A DNA stretch of 64,000 nt from an uncultured SAR86 cluster bacterium (GCA_902540995.1 CACBOY010000003.1:6703-70702), one strand, 5' to 3'; positions 26,612-36,152 are shown, counted from the stretch's first letter. Made by a program: numbers and translations. Notes: generated from the sequence alone by a model not told the origin.

Positions 26612-27367
26612 TTATTTACCTAAATCTTTTGATCTTTCTACTGCCTTTTTTATAGCATCAGAAACTATTGTCTTGAAGCCATTTTCTTTCATTGTTTCTA
26701 ATGCCTTTTCAGTAACTCCACCTTTTGAGGCCACCATGGACATGATGCTCTCAAAACCAATTTCTTTCTCTTCATCATATATTTTTGATGTTCCCAACAT
26801 GAGAGTATTTACCCAGGATTCAGGTTTTTCAAAACCTTCTTTCTGAGCAATCTCAACTAAAGTTTCTGCCAAAAGGGCAAAGTATGCAGGTCCGGCTCCA
26901 ACTATGGCAGTAAAAGCATCAAAATGTTCTTCTTTCATTTCAATTACTGAGCCAAGATTGGAAAGCATATTCTTAACCTCTTCAGATATGGAAAAGTTTG
27001 ACGTAATGGCAATGGTACTGTCTCCTGTTCCAATACCAACAGTTGGCATTCCTCTGATGAGGTTTGTTTTTTCCCCTATTAGCGCATGAATTTTATCAAG
27101 ACTTAATCCTGCCATAAATGAGATAAAGGTTTTATCTTGCAAGTTAAAGTCTTTTTTAGAAAATAACTCCCCAATCATATTAGGTTTAATAGTAAAAAAG
27201 ATTACATCAGAAGAATTTATTATCTCCTCTAAAGAAAAATAACCATTTGTAATTTTTTTGAGTTCGTCTTTTTCAATTGGATCAGACAAAAATAGATCAT
27301 AATCTTTAGAAAGCTTTGTAACTGCTTTTTCTCCAAGATTCCCGACACCGATAAAACCTATTTTCAT
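26612..27367 (-). CDS. proC: pyrroline-5-carboxylate reductase
   Basis: 251 aa with the NADP fold IGFIGVGNLG and the motifs RGMPT, GAGPAYFALLAE and SKGG.TE. Confidence 0.8.
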   Translation of the reverse strand: MKIGFIGVGNLGEKAVTKLSKDYDLFLSDPIEKDELKKITNGYFSLEEIINSSDVIFFTIKPNMIGELFSKKDFNLQDKTFISFMAGLSLDKIHALIGEKTNLIRGMPTVGIGTGDSTIAITSNFSISEEVKNMLSNLGSVIEMKEEHFDAFTAIVGAGPAYFALLAETLVEIAQKEGFEKPESWVNTLMLGTSKIYDEEKEIGFESIMSMVASKGGVTEKALETMKENGFKTIVSDAIKKAVERSKDLGK

Positions 27368-28033
27368 TTAATTTCTTGCCCCAAATATAGTCTCACCCAA
27401 TCTTACTATAGTAGAACCTTCTTTGATTGCTAATTCGAAATCTCTAGACATTCCCATAGAGATCTCAGTTAGATTCTCATAATTTTCAATTAGCCTATCT
27501 GCAAGCATCTTGATTTTCTTAAAGGTTTGTTGAAGATCTGACAATGCTACATTTGGATTGGGAATAATCATTAATCCACAAATTTTGATTTTTTTTAAGT
27601 CAGATAACTCATTTAAAAAATTTTCTACTTCTTCCACTCTTATGCCGGATTTTGATTCTTCATTATCTATATTTATTTGTATCAGGCACTTTATACACTT
27701 GTCATCTGGGCAATACTTATCAATTAACTTAGCAATTTTTAATCTATCAATCGTATGAACCCAGTCGAAATTTTTAGCTATTTCTTCACATTTATTTGAT
27801 TGAATATTCCCAATAAAATGCCAATTAATTTTTAAATCTTTCAGTTTAGAAATCTTTTCCAAAGACTCTTGCAAATAATTTTCTCCAAAATCAGAAATTC
27901 CATTTTCATAAGCCTCAGAAATTTCTTGCCATGACTTTTTTTTACTAACTGCAACAAGTTTTACATTTTTATCTGTTTTCGACGCATCTATCTTGGATTG
28001 GACTATTTTTATTTTTTCTTTGATGCTTTCCAT
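27368..28033 (-). CDS. yggS: PLP homeostasis protein YggS (alanine-racemase-fold PLP-binding protein)
   Basis: 221 aa with LVAVSKKK (PLP lysine), FGENY.QE, WHFIG.IQSNK and SMGMS.D. Confidence 0.85.
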   Translation of the reverse strand: MESIKEKIKIVQSKIDASKTDKNVKLVAVSKKKSWQEISEAYENGISDFGENYLQESLEKISKLKDLKINWHFIGNIQSNKCEEIAKNFDWVHTIDRLKIAKLIDKYCPDDKCIKCLIQINIDNEESKSGIRVEEVENFLNELSDLKKIKICGLMIIPNPNVALSDLQQTFKKIKMLADRLIENYENLTEISMGMSRDFELAIKEGSTIVRLGETIFGARN

Positions 28034-29724
28034 TACATTTTTTCCGGACAGCCAATTCCCAAAATATTAAGCCCATTATTTATTATTTCTTTTATTGCAA
28101 TAGAAAGCGCAATCTTGGCATCTGAATAATCTTTATCATCAGAAATAATCTTTTCAGCATTGTAAAAGCTATGAAATTTAGAACTTAAATCCCTTAGGTA
28201 AAAACATAACGGGTGAAGCTCATTATTTTTATAGCATTGCTCAAGTATTTCAGGATAGCCATTAACCAACGATATGATTTCTTTTTCAGTCTCTTTTAAT
28301 AAACTTAACTTTTCTAATGATTCTTTAAGGTTGAAATCTATTTTTCTTTTTTTAAGCTCTTTTTTTATACTGCAAATCCTCGCATGAGCATACTGGATAT
28401 AGTAAACGTGATTATCCTTGTTTGTTTTTTTAGCTAAATCGATATCAAATTCTAGGGCTTGCTCAGGCTTTCTCGCCAAGAAATAATATCTAGCCGAATC
28501 AATACCAACTTCATCTACCAGATCAGACAACTCAACAAATTCTCCAGATCTTGTGGACATTTGGACCTTTTGCCCTTTCTCTTTGAGAGAAACAAACTGT
28601 ATGAGCAGAGTTTTAAGCTTTTTAGCGTCTAAACCTAAGGATTCAATGGATGCCTTTACTCTGGGAATATAACCATGATGGTCTGCTCCCCAAATATTTA
28701 TGATTTCATCAAAATCCCTATCATACTTATCCTTGTGATAAGCAATATCCGATGCAAAATATGTGGGCTCTTCATTGTCTCTTATTAGAACTCTGTCCTT
28801 TTCATCACCATAATTAGTAGATTTGAACCATAAAGCGCCATCTTTTTTTTCTACTTCATTATGTTTTAAATTTTTTATACTTTTTTGAATCAAATCTTTT
28901 TCATACAAGCTTGATTCATTGAACCAGTTATCATATTTGACTTGAAAAACCTCCAAATCCTTTTTTATTTCTTCTTTCTGAAGCTCAATGACGTAGTTTG
29001 CTAATTCTAAAAAATTTTCATACGTTGCATCTACATACTCAAACCATTCGTTGAGCGTTTCAAAGAAAAGATTGTTATCCTTTTTGACAAGATATTTTCC
29101 TTTAAAATGTTTTTTTGCTTTCTTAGCAAGATCTTTTATGTATTCTCCTGCATAACAACCTTCAGGTAATACAATCTTTTTATTATCCAATTCTTGCATT
29201 CTAATAAAGACACTCAAACCCAAAGTTTTGGCCTGAAGACCTCTATCGTTTACATAATATTCTTGGGTTACTTTATTTCCCGCTACTTTTAATAAATTTG
29301 CTAAAGCTGAACCAAAGGCCGCAGATCTTCCATGTCCGACATGGATGGGACCAGTTGGATTGCTGGAAACATATTCCAGAAGAATTTTTTTTGGTTCTTT
29401 TTCTTGTAATAGATCTTTGAAATCTCCTAAGGCATAGTTTTTTATCTGACTAAAAAATAAATCCTCCTTTAGATAAATATTTATGAATCCAGCCCCGGCA
29501 ACTTCTATCTTTTCTGAATAATCTAATCCCTCAAGAGCACTTATAATTTCAACCGCAAGTTCACGCGGATTTTTTTTCATTTCTTTAGCCATAATCAAGG
29601 CTATATTTGAAGACCAATCCCCATGTTGTGAATCTTGAGGTTTGGTAACTTGAAAGTTACCAGCGAACTCTGGAGAAATTTTTAAAGAGGCTTTCTGTAA
29701 AGAATTAAAAATTTCATCCTTCAT
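28033..29724 (-). CDS. argS: arginine--tRNA ligase
   Basis: 563 aa with the class I HIGH region SSNPTGPIHVGHGR, an MSTRSG (KMSK-like) motif and the C-terminal anticodon-binding domain. Confidence 0.9.
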   Translation of the reverse strand: MKDEIFNSLQKASLKISPEFAGNFQVTKPQDSQHGDWSSNIALIMAKEMKKNPRELAVEIISALEGLDYSEKIEVAGAGFINIYLKEDLFFSQIKNYALGDFKDLLQEKEPKKILLEYVSSNPTGPIHVGHGRSAAFGSALANLLKVAGNKVTQEYYVNDRGLQAKTLGLSVFIRMQELDNKKIVLPEGCYAGEYIKDLAKKAKKHFKGKYLVKKDNNLFFETLNEWFEYVDATYENFLELANYVIELQKEEIKKDLEVFQVKYDNWFNESSLYEKDLIQKSIKNLKHNEVEKKDGALWFKSTNYGDEKDRVLIRDNEEPTYFASDIAYHKDKYDRDFDEIINIWGADHHGYIPRVKASIESLGLDAKKLKTLLIQFVSLKEKGQKVQMSTRSGEFVELSDLVDEVGIDSARYYFLARKPEQALEFDIDLAKKTNKDNHVYYIQYAHARICSIKKELKKRKIDFNLKESLEKLSLLKETEKEIISLVNGYPEILEQCYKNNELHPLCFYLRDLSSKFHSFYNAEKIISDDKDYSDAKIALSIAIKEIINNGLNILGIGCPEKM

Positions 29725-30290
29725 TTATTAACTCTTCCTTGGTATTCCATACTTCTTGTATCGACTGAAATGAAATCTCCTGGAGAAATAAATAGAGGAA
29801 CTTTTATTTCAATTCCATTTTCTAAAATAGCTGGTTTAAAAGTATTTGTTGCTGTATCTCCTTTTAATCCGGGGTCTGTATCTTTTACAGAAATATCGAC
29901 AAAATTATCAATTTCAACAGTAATTAAAGTATCTTCCCAGAAAATGATTTCGTAGCTAGCACCTTCTTTCATCCAAACTACCTGTTTTTCAATTTTTGAT
30001 TGATCGCATTCGAATTGTTCGTAATTCGTTGTGTCCATAAGAATAACTTTATTATCTTGTTGATATAAAAATTGCATTTCCTTACTAGAAATTTCAGCTT
30101 TTTCAACAGATTCTCCTGTCTTAAAAGTTTTTTCTAGAACTCTATTGGACAAGAGATCTCTGTATTTAATTCTCATTACAGCCTGTCCCTTTCCTGGCTT
30201 ATGAAATTCATGTTCAATGATTTCACATGGCGATTTATCCAGAACTATTTTTAATCCTTGTTTAAATTCATTCGTGCTAATTTGACTCAT
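29721..30290 (-). CDS. efp: elongation factor P
   Basis: 189 aa. It carries the KPGKGQA loop with the modifiable Lys and has three-domain EF-P length. Confidence 0.9.
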   Translation of the reverse strand: MSQISTNEFKQGLKIVLDKSPCEIIEHEFHKPGKGQAVMRIKYRDLLSNRVLEKTFKTGESVEKAEISSKEMQFLYQQDNKVILMDTTNYEQFECDQSKIEKQVVWMKEGASYEIIFWEDTLITVEIDNFVDISVKDTDPGLKGDTATNTFKPAILENGIEIKVPLFISPGDFISVDTRSMEYQGRVNK

Positions 30291-30352
30291 TTCGTTGCTT
30301 CTAACCCATACCTTTTTAAAAAGAATAATACAAGTTGCAAATATCTTGTTTT

Positions 30353-30410
30353 AACCATAAAGTTTCTTTCTTATGGTCAAAACAGTGCTAGTTTTAGACC
30401 ATTTTTTTTG
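30353..30410 (+). promoter_or_regulatory. leader element of the TonB2-type operon: terminator-like hairpin plus T8, overlapped by an alternative upstream hairpin
   Basis: Hairpin B pairs 30373-30383 (ATGGTCAAAAC) with 30391-30402 (GTTTTAGACCAT), giving 11 bp with one bulge, and is followed by T8 at 30402-30409. Hairpin A pairs 30354-30360 (ACCATAA) with 30371-30377 (TTATGGT). The two share nt 30373-30377, so they are mutually exclusive. Confidence 0.4.
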
Positions 30411-30441
30411 CTTTAATCTTAAAATAATCAGGGGATTAATA

Positions 30442-31209
30442 ATGTTTATAACTAAGTTAAATAGGGCAATTTTAACGCTTTTTTTATTAACTGCATCATT
30501 ATATTTAAGCGCTCAACTTGAGCCAGTACTGGAAGTTAACAAAGAAAGAGCTCTTCTTGCCCAAGCTTCACAACAAAAAATAGATTCTTTTCAAGATAAA
30601 ACCGATAAAGACTCTGCTGAATACAAAAGTGTTAGCAAGCAAATCGAAGGTTTGAAAGTCTACAACGCTCAGAAAAGAAAACAGATAAAACGTCAAGTTG
30701 AAAGAATGAAAGAGATTGAAAAAACTATGAAAGACTCAACTGTTCTACAACGTCAAATTCCCCCGTTAGCAAGAAGAATGTTTGAAGGTTTAAAGCAATT
30801 CATAGCTCTTGATATCCCCTTCAGAGCTGGAGAAAGAACGGAAAGATTATCTTTTATTCAAGCAGCTTTAGATAACCCAGTTGTATCTCCTGCTGAAAAA
30901 CTCAGACAGGTTTTGGATGGTTATTCTGTGGAGTCTGAATATGGACGAAAAATAGACACTTATAAAGATACAATTTTGATTGACGACCAAGAAAGAGATG
31001 TAAATATCCTTAGGATTGGTAGATTGGTTCTTGCTTATCAAACCTCTGATCTTTCTGAGACTGGTATCTACAACAAAGAAACTCAGTCTTGGGAATCTTT
31101 ACCTGGCAGATACAGAAACTCAATCAGAGACGGTATAGCAATGGCTAAAAAAGTAAAAACCGTTGATATTCTGGAGTTACCTATTCCAGCTGCGGAGGTG
31201 GCCCAATGA
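30442..31209 (+). CDS. DUF3450-like periplasmic coiled-coil protein, first gene of the TonB2-type cluster (TtpB-like)
   Basis: I place the start at ATG 30442 (AGGGGA upstream). This gives the signal peptide MFITKLNRAILTLFLLTASLYLSAQ, whereas the track start 30373 would bury it. The gene overlaps the next one by 4 nt. Confidence 0.6.
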   Translation: MFITKLNRAILTLFLLTASLYLSAQLEPVLEVNKERALLAQASQQKIDSFQDKTDKDSAEYKSVSKQIEGLKVYNAQKRKQIKRQVERMKEIEKTMKDSTVLQRQIPPLARRMFEGLKQFIALDIPFRAGERTERLSFIQAALDNPVVSPAEKLRQVLDGYSVESEYGRKIDTYKDTILIDDQERDVNILRIGRLVLAYQTSDLSETGIYNKETQSWESLPGRYRNSIRDGIAMAKKVKTVDILELPIPAAEVAQ

Positions 31210-32579
31210 AATCAAAGTTACTAATAATTATTTTTGCCTTATTTCTTCCCTTTTCATATGCACAGGAAGAGAAGCCTGATACTGCACTGTCTTTGGAACA
31301 GCTTTTAGAACTTGTTCAACAGGGTAAATTTGCAGAATCTGAAGAAGCAACTGAAAGAGAGCAGAAATTTGCTAGGGAAAGAAGTCGCCAAGCAACATTA
31401 TTGGCAAATGCAAAAGCAGAAAGGTCAAGGCTTGAAGCAATTGCTACAGAACTAGAATCAAGATTTGAAGCTAATGATGCAAAACTTGTTGTTTTAGAGG
31501 AACAGTTAAAAACTAGACTGGGATCTTTGTATGAAACTTTTGGTCATCTGCAAGGAGTAGCTTCAGATACACAACAACAATTTGAGTCAGCAGTAACTTC
31601 TGGACAATTTGGCCAGGATAGGGAAATTTTCCTGAAGGACCTAGCAAAAAGAATGGGCGAAGGTATTAGTTTGGCTTCGATAGAAGAACTAGAAAGACTT
31701 TGGTATGAATTATCAAGAGAGTTAGTTGCTTCAGGAAATGTTCAAAAATTCCAAGCTACGGTAGTAGATAACGAAGGTCAAACATCTCAACAAAACGTAG
31801 TGAGAGTTGGAAATTTCAATGCTGTAACTGAAGGGCAATATTTAACTTACCTTCCTGCCAGAGGAGCTTATGAAACTCTGCCAAGACAACCTGGTAGATA
31901 TCTTGGAGGAACCTATGACGTACATGATACTTCAACAGGATTTGTTGAGTTTGCAGTCGATCCTACAGGACCTCAGGGAGGAGCTTTACTTACAAACCTA
32001 ATATCTCTTCCAAGTTTTTTTGAGCAGATTCAGTATGGAAGAATCACAGGTTATACCATCATCCTTCTCTTTTTATTAGCTACAGGAATTTTTGGTTGGA
32101 GAACTTATATCTTGTTTAATCTTGACAAAAATGTGAAGAAAGAAGCTTCAGGCTCCAGACAAGGGAATAATCCTCTATCTAGAATTTTCGATGTTGCTGA
32201 ACAAAATAAAGGATCAGATGTTGAAACATTAGAATTAAAATTAGCGGAACAAATATTAGTGGAGAGAGCATCTATAGATACTGGTATTTGGTTAGTTAGA
32301 TTAATTTCAGTCGTAGCCCCTTTGTTAGGATTGTTTGGAACAATAACTGGGATGATAAATACTTTCCAAGCTATCACCTTATTTGGTACTGGAGATCCAA
32401 AAACAATGGCAAATGGTATTTCAGAAGCTCTTGTAACAACCATGCTCGGCTTGATGACTGCTATTCCAGCAACTTTTATGGCTGCTATCATGGCAAATTA
32501 TGCTAAGAACATTCTTACTGTTCTTGAAGAACAAAGCACAGGAATGGTGGCTGCAGCATCTGAAGAAAACAAAGCTTAA
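31206..32579 (+). CDS. large MotA/TolQ/ExbB-family proton channel protein (TtpC-like)
   Basis: 457 aa. It has a signal peptide, a long periplasmic coiled-coil region and a C-terminal 3-TM MotA/ExbB module (APLLGLFGTITGMI..F, ISEALVTTMLGL). Confidence 0.8.
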   Translation: MKSKLLIIIFALFLPFSYAQEEKPDTALSLEQLLELVQQGKFAESEEATEREQKFARERSRQATLLANAKAERSRLEAIATELESRFEANDAKLVVLEEQLKTRLGSLYETFGHLQGVASDTQQQFESAVTSGQFGQDREIFLKDLAKRMGEGISLASIEELERLWYELSRELVASGNVQKFQATVVDNEGQTSQQNVVRVGNFNAVTEGQYLTYLPARGAYETLPRQPGRYLGGTYDVHDTSTGFVEFAVDPTGPQGGALLTNLISLPSFFEQIQYGRITGYTIILLFLLATGIFGWRTYILFNLDKNVKKEASGSRQGNNPLSRIFDVAEQNKGSDVETLELKLAEQILVERASIDTGIWLVRLISVVAPLLGLFGTITGMINTFQAITLFGTGDPKTMANGISEALVTTMLGLMTAIPATFMAAIMANYAKNILTVLEEQSTGMVAAASEENKA

Positions 32580-32584
32580 TAATC

Positions 32585-33109
32585 ATGGCTTTCCTATTTG
32601 GATTACAAGATACTCTCCTGGATTTTTTTGAAAAGGGAGGTGGAGTTGTTGTCTTCATAGGATTTTTAATTATCTTGATGTGGAGCTTTATTTTGGAGCG
32701 TTTTTGGTATTTCAAATACATACATGGAGATGTAGAAAAAGATATACAGAACGCTTGGAAGGAAACTCCAGATCGCAAATCTTGGTCAGGTCATCAGATA
32801 AGGTCCATGTTGATTTCAAAAGCAAATGTAAAAATACAAAGTAACTTAGAGTATATTAGAGTGGCCATAGTATTAGCTCCATTACTGGGTTTGTTAGGAA
32901 CTATTTTGGGCATGATAGAAGTTTTTCACATCTTGGCTGTAACGGGTGGAGGAGACGCAAAGGCAATGGCTGGTGGTGTGGCTAAATCTACAATCCCAGC
33001 AATGGCTGGTTTGATGGCTGCAATACCTGCAACTTTTGCTTCAAGAATATTGGAACAAAAAGCAAAAAAACAATCGGATTTATTACAAGAACATTTAACT
33101 TTTGAGTAA
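32585..33109 (+). CDS. exbB: ExbB/TolQ-family proton channel protein
   Basis: 174 aa with 3 TM helices and the motifs APLLGLLGTILGMIEVF and KST.PAMAGL. Confidence 0.8.
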   Translation: MAFLFGLQDTLLDFFEKGGGVVVFIGFLIILMWSFILERFWYFKYIHGDVEKDIQNAWKETPDRKSWSGHQIRSMLISKANVKIQSNLEYIRVAIVLAPLLGLLGTILGMIEVFHILAVTGGGDAKAMAGGVAKSTIPAMAGLMAAIPATFASRILEQKAKKQSDLLQEHLTFE

Positions 33110-33115
33110 AAAAAA

Positions 33116-33526
33116 ATGAGAAGATCACTAATTAGTCAAGCAGTAGAAGAAAAGGACGAACCTAATATTACTCCCATGTTGGATGTTGTGTTTATTCTTT
33201 TGATTTTCTTTATTGTTACTGCAAACTTTATCAAAGAACCTGGTTTAGAAATCAACAGGCCTGACTCAGAAACAGCTGAAGTAACTGAAAATGCAGCGAT
33301 CCTCATCGCAATTGGTTCTGCGGGTGAAATTTATATGGATGGCAGAAGAATTGATGTAAGGCAGGTAAAAGCAAATGTCATTAGAATGATTGCAGAAAAT
33401 CCTCAGGGGACGGTTGTCATTCAGGCTGACGAAAAATCGACGGCTGATACAATTATTGACGTTATGGATGAAGTAAGAGAAGCCGGAGTGATAGACATAT
33501 CTATTGCCTCTGAACCTAATTTTTAA
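33116..33526 (+). CDS. exbD: ExbD/TolR-family biopolymer transport protein
   Basis: 136 aa. The N-terminal NITPMLDVVFILLIFF helix carries the conserved Asp, followed by a periplasmic domain. Confidence 0.85.
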   Translation: MRRSLISQAVEEKDEPNITPMLDVVFILLIFFIVTANFIKEPGLEINRPDSETAEVTENAAILIAIGSAGEIYMDGRRIDVRQVKANVIRMIAENPQGTVVIQADEKSTADTIIDVMDEVREAGVIDISIASEPNF

Positions 33527-34272
33527 TGAAAAGTTATTTTAGACAACTATTTTCAAACCTTTTAAACAAAGCTTTCACATTGCAGTTAAAGGATGAAAAT
33601 TCCTTTTCTTTAAAAAAAATTATGGTTGACGACAGTCCTTATCAAAAATATGGATTAGCTGCTGCGGGCGGGACTGTAGTTTCTTTTGCTTCAATTTTAC
33701 TGATGGCCTTGTTAATTGCCACTGGAGAAGTTTCTTTAGACGATTCAAATCTTAGAAAAATTGTAGACGTTGTAATGCCAGTGAGAGACCCCGAATTAAT
33801 TGATTCTGTTGAAAGACCAGAAGAAGCTGAGCCTGAACCAGACCAATTACCTCCGGAAGTCGATATTGAAAACATTGAAGAACTTCTTGATCAGTCAGTT
33901 AATCCCAATTTGAATTTCAAAAGGAGAAGATCTGGAGTTTTTATGGATGGTTCATATGTTCCAATCTTTCAAGTGCCACCACAATATCCAAGAAGAGCTG
34001 CTGAAAGGGGTATCGAAGGTTGTGTTGTACTCAAATATGTTGTCACTGAAGTGGGGTCTGTAAGAGATCCAGAAGTTATCCAGTCTATTCCCCAAGGAAT
34101 TTTTGATAGAGCAGCAGTAAGAGCTGCGTTAAGATATAAATATAAACCTCTCATAAGAGATGGAAATGCTGTAGAAGTTGAAGGCGTAACTCAAAGGATA
34201 ACTTTTGTTCTTGAGGGAGAAGGTAAGGGTCCTGGTTATGTTCCTGAAAACTGTAGAGGCATACAAGGTTAA
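33526..34272 (+). CDS. tonB: TonB energy transducer
   Basis: 248 aa. It has a TM anchor, a short acidic/proline spacer (EEAEPEPDQLPPE) and a TonB C-terminal domain (YPRRAAERGIEGCVV...YKP). The TAATG junction with exbD suggests translational coupling. Confidence 0.8.
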   Translation: MKSYFRQLFSNLLNKAFTLQLKDENSFSLKKIMVDDSPYQKYGLAAAGGTVVSFASILLMALLIATGEVSLDDSNLRKIVDVVMPVRDPELIDSVERPEEAEPEPDQLPPEVDIENIEELLDQSVNPNLNFKRRRSGVFMDGSYVPIFQVPPQYPRRAAERGIEGCVVLKYVVTEVGSVRDPEVIQSIPQGIFDRAAVRAALRYKYKPLIRDGNAVEVEGVTQRITFVLEGEGKGPGYVPENCRGIQG

Positions 34273-34275
34273 AAT

Positions 34276-35664
34276 ATGATTAGGTTAATTTTTTTACTTT
34301 TTTTATTTTCAAATTTTTCTTTTTTGCAAAATAAAGATAATCCAGAACAAACAAAATTTGACTTTCCAGGTTACACCTTAAAAGGTTGTTTGGGCTCTGA
34401 TTTGTCGAAACCAAAAAGACAAGTAGCTAAATTGCCTAGTAAACAGGCTCAAAGATACTTGAAAGAACTTTTTCCTTTTTTACAAGGAGAGGATGAAGAC
34501 TTAGTAAAGGCTAAAAATGTGTTAACCAAAATGCAAGCTGATTCCAGTTTGACAGATCCTGATAAGGCTCAAATGTACTATTATTTTGCATACATAGATT
34601 CGATAAATGATGACATTAAATCTGCCAAAAAGAATTATAAGAAATTTCTTTCTATAGATGATGCTGATCCAAGATTAAAATCCAACGTTATATCTATGTT
34701 AGGGCAGCTTTCTTACGCAGAAGGAAGCTATAAAACTGCTATAGATTACATGGAACAATGGATTGCAATGGAAACCAATCCTAGCTCTTTAGGGTTTGAC
34801 ATTATCGCTGCGTCTTATTGGCAACTAAAAGATAAAAAAAAGGCTCTTAAGTTTTCCGAACGTGCATTATGTGTTGCAAAAGCAAACAAATCTAAACCAA
34901 AAGAATCAACTTACAATTTATTAATTGCTCTCTATAACGAAAATCAAAGAATAAAAGATATGCTTCCTTTGTTCGAAGAGTTAGTCAGGTTTTATCCAAA
35001 GAAAAGGTATTGGACTCAGCTTTCTGGAGTTTATGGAGAACTTAAACAAGAAAAGAAACAACTTTCATCTTTGGAAGCAGCTCATGATCAGAGGCTTCTT
35101 GATAAAGAAACTGAGTACGTTTCTCTCTATCAATTATTGATGAGAGCTGAAGCACCATTGAAAGCTGCAAGGGTGATTCAATACGGGATCGAAAAAGAAT
35201 TTGTAAAAGAAAATGAAAAACATCTTAAATATCTTGCTCAAGGATGGCATATGGCTCAAGAGCTCGATAAAGCAGAACCTGTTTACGAAAAAGCAGCTAT
35301 TAAATCTGAAGAAGGTGAGTTGTATGTTTTTCTTGGCCAAATCTACTTAGCTACCGATAGATATAAAAAAGCCAAACAAGCTCTTCAACTAGGTCTTAAA
35401 AAAGGAAAACTAAAAGATCCTGTTACAGTAAACATTCTTTTAGGCCAAGTTGCCTATGAGCTCCAAGATTTTGAAGATGCTACTAAATTCTTTAGAACTG
35501 CTATTGATAGGCTATCTGATATCAAAATAAAAGATAAAGAAGCTCGAGAGAAAAAACAAGATAAGTTAAGAACCCAAGCTTTAAATTGGCTTACCTATAC
35601 TGAAAAAGAAAAGAAAAGAGTTGAGATGCTTCAACTTAGAATCAAAGACCTAGAAGAAAGTTAA
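34276..35664 (+). CDS. TPR-repeat protein closing the TonB2-type cluster (TtpD-like)
   Basis: 462 aa with a signal peptide and multiple TPR-like helical repeats. Its position immediately after tonB matches Vibrio-type TonB2 clusters. Confidence 0.6.
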   Translation: MIRLIFLLFLFSNFSFLQNKDNPEQTKFDFPGYTLKGCLGSDLSKPKRQVAKLPSKQAQRYLKELFPFLQGEDEDLVKAKNVLTKMQADSSLTDPDKAQMYYYFAYIDSINDDIKSAKKNYKKFLSIDDADPRLKSNVISMLGQLSYAEGSYKTAIDYMEQWIAMETNPSSLGFDIIAASYWQLKDKKKALKFSERALCVAKANKSKPKESTYNLLIALYNENQRIKDMLPLFEELVRFYPKKRYWTQLSGVYGELKQEKKQLSSLEAAHDQRLLDKETEYVSLYQLLMRAEAPLKAARVIQYGIEKEFVKENEKHLKYLAQGWHMAQELDKAEPVYEKAAIKSEEGELYVFLGQIYLATDRYKKAKQALQLGLKKGKLKDPVTVNILLGQVAYELQDFEDATKFFRTAIDRLSDIKIKDKEAREKKQDKLRTQALNWLTYTEKEKKRVEMLQLRIKDLEES

Positions 35665-36152
35665 ATTCTTTCGTAGTTTCTAAAATAAAACTTAACTTCT
35701 TCTTTTTCGTCATATCCACTTTCTTCGCCAATTAACTTCCATTTGTTCCAATCCACTTTTGGGAAGAAAGCATCTCCTAAATATTCTTTGTCTACATAGG
35801 TAATGTATAAATATTCACAGTGTTCAAAAAATAGTTTGTAAATATATGTTCCTCCTATGATGTAGAGATCTTTTTGGTCGGAATTTTTTTTATAGGAATC
35901 AATTACATCTTTAGGAGAATTAAATACTTCTACAGAATCAATTTTGAGATTTTTATTTTTGCTCAAAACAATATTTTTTCTATTGGGAAGGGGCCTTCCA
36001 ATAGAGTCAAATGTTTTTCTGCCCATCAAAATCCAATTATTTGAAGTAAGCTCTTTAAATCTTTTTAAATCTTCAGAAATATTCCAAGGTAGCTTGTTTT
36101 CATTGCCAATGACATTATTTTTAGAAATAGCACAAATTAGCTTGATGGACAT
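35661..36152 (-). CDS. folA: dihydrofolate reductase
   Basis: 163 aa with the motifs IGN.NKLPW, MGRKTF.SIGRPLP.R.N.VLS and IIGG..IY. Confidence 0.85.
   Translation of the reverse strand: MSIKLICAISKNNVIGNENKLPWNISEDLKRFKELTSNNWILMGRKTFDSIGRPLPNRKNIVLSKNKNLKIDSVEVFNSPKDVIDSYKKNSDQKDLYIIGGTYIYKLFFEHCEYLYITYVDKEYLGDAFFPKVDWNKWKLIGEESGYDEKEEVKFYFRNYERI

Noticed and set aside
30291-30441. Fur box in the efp/TonB2 divergent region.
   Set aside because: The best by-eye alignments to GATAATGATAATCATTATC reach only about 7 of 19 matches (GAATAATACAAGTTGCAAA). That is not better than expected in AT-rich DNA.
32105-32491. 128-aa antisense ORF within the TtpC-like gene. Other short antisense ORFs are listed in the track (for example 276-458, 10801-11064, 48337-48555 and 61873-62145).
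   Set aside because: Each is nested antisense within a confidently identified gene and lacks any recognisable motif. I treat them as frame artefacts.
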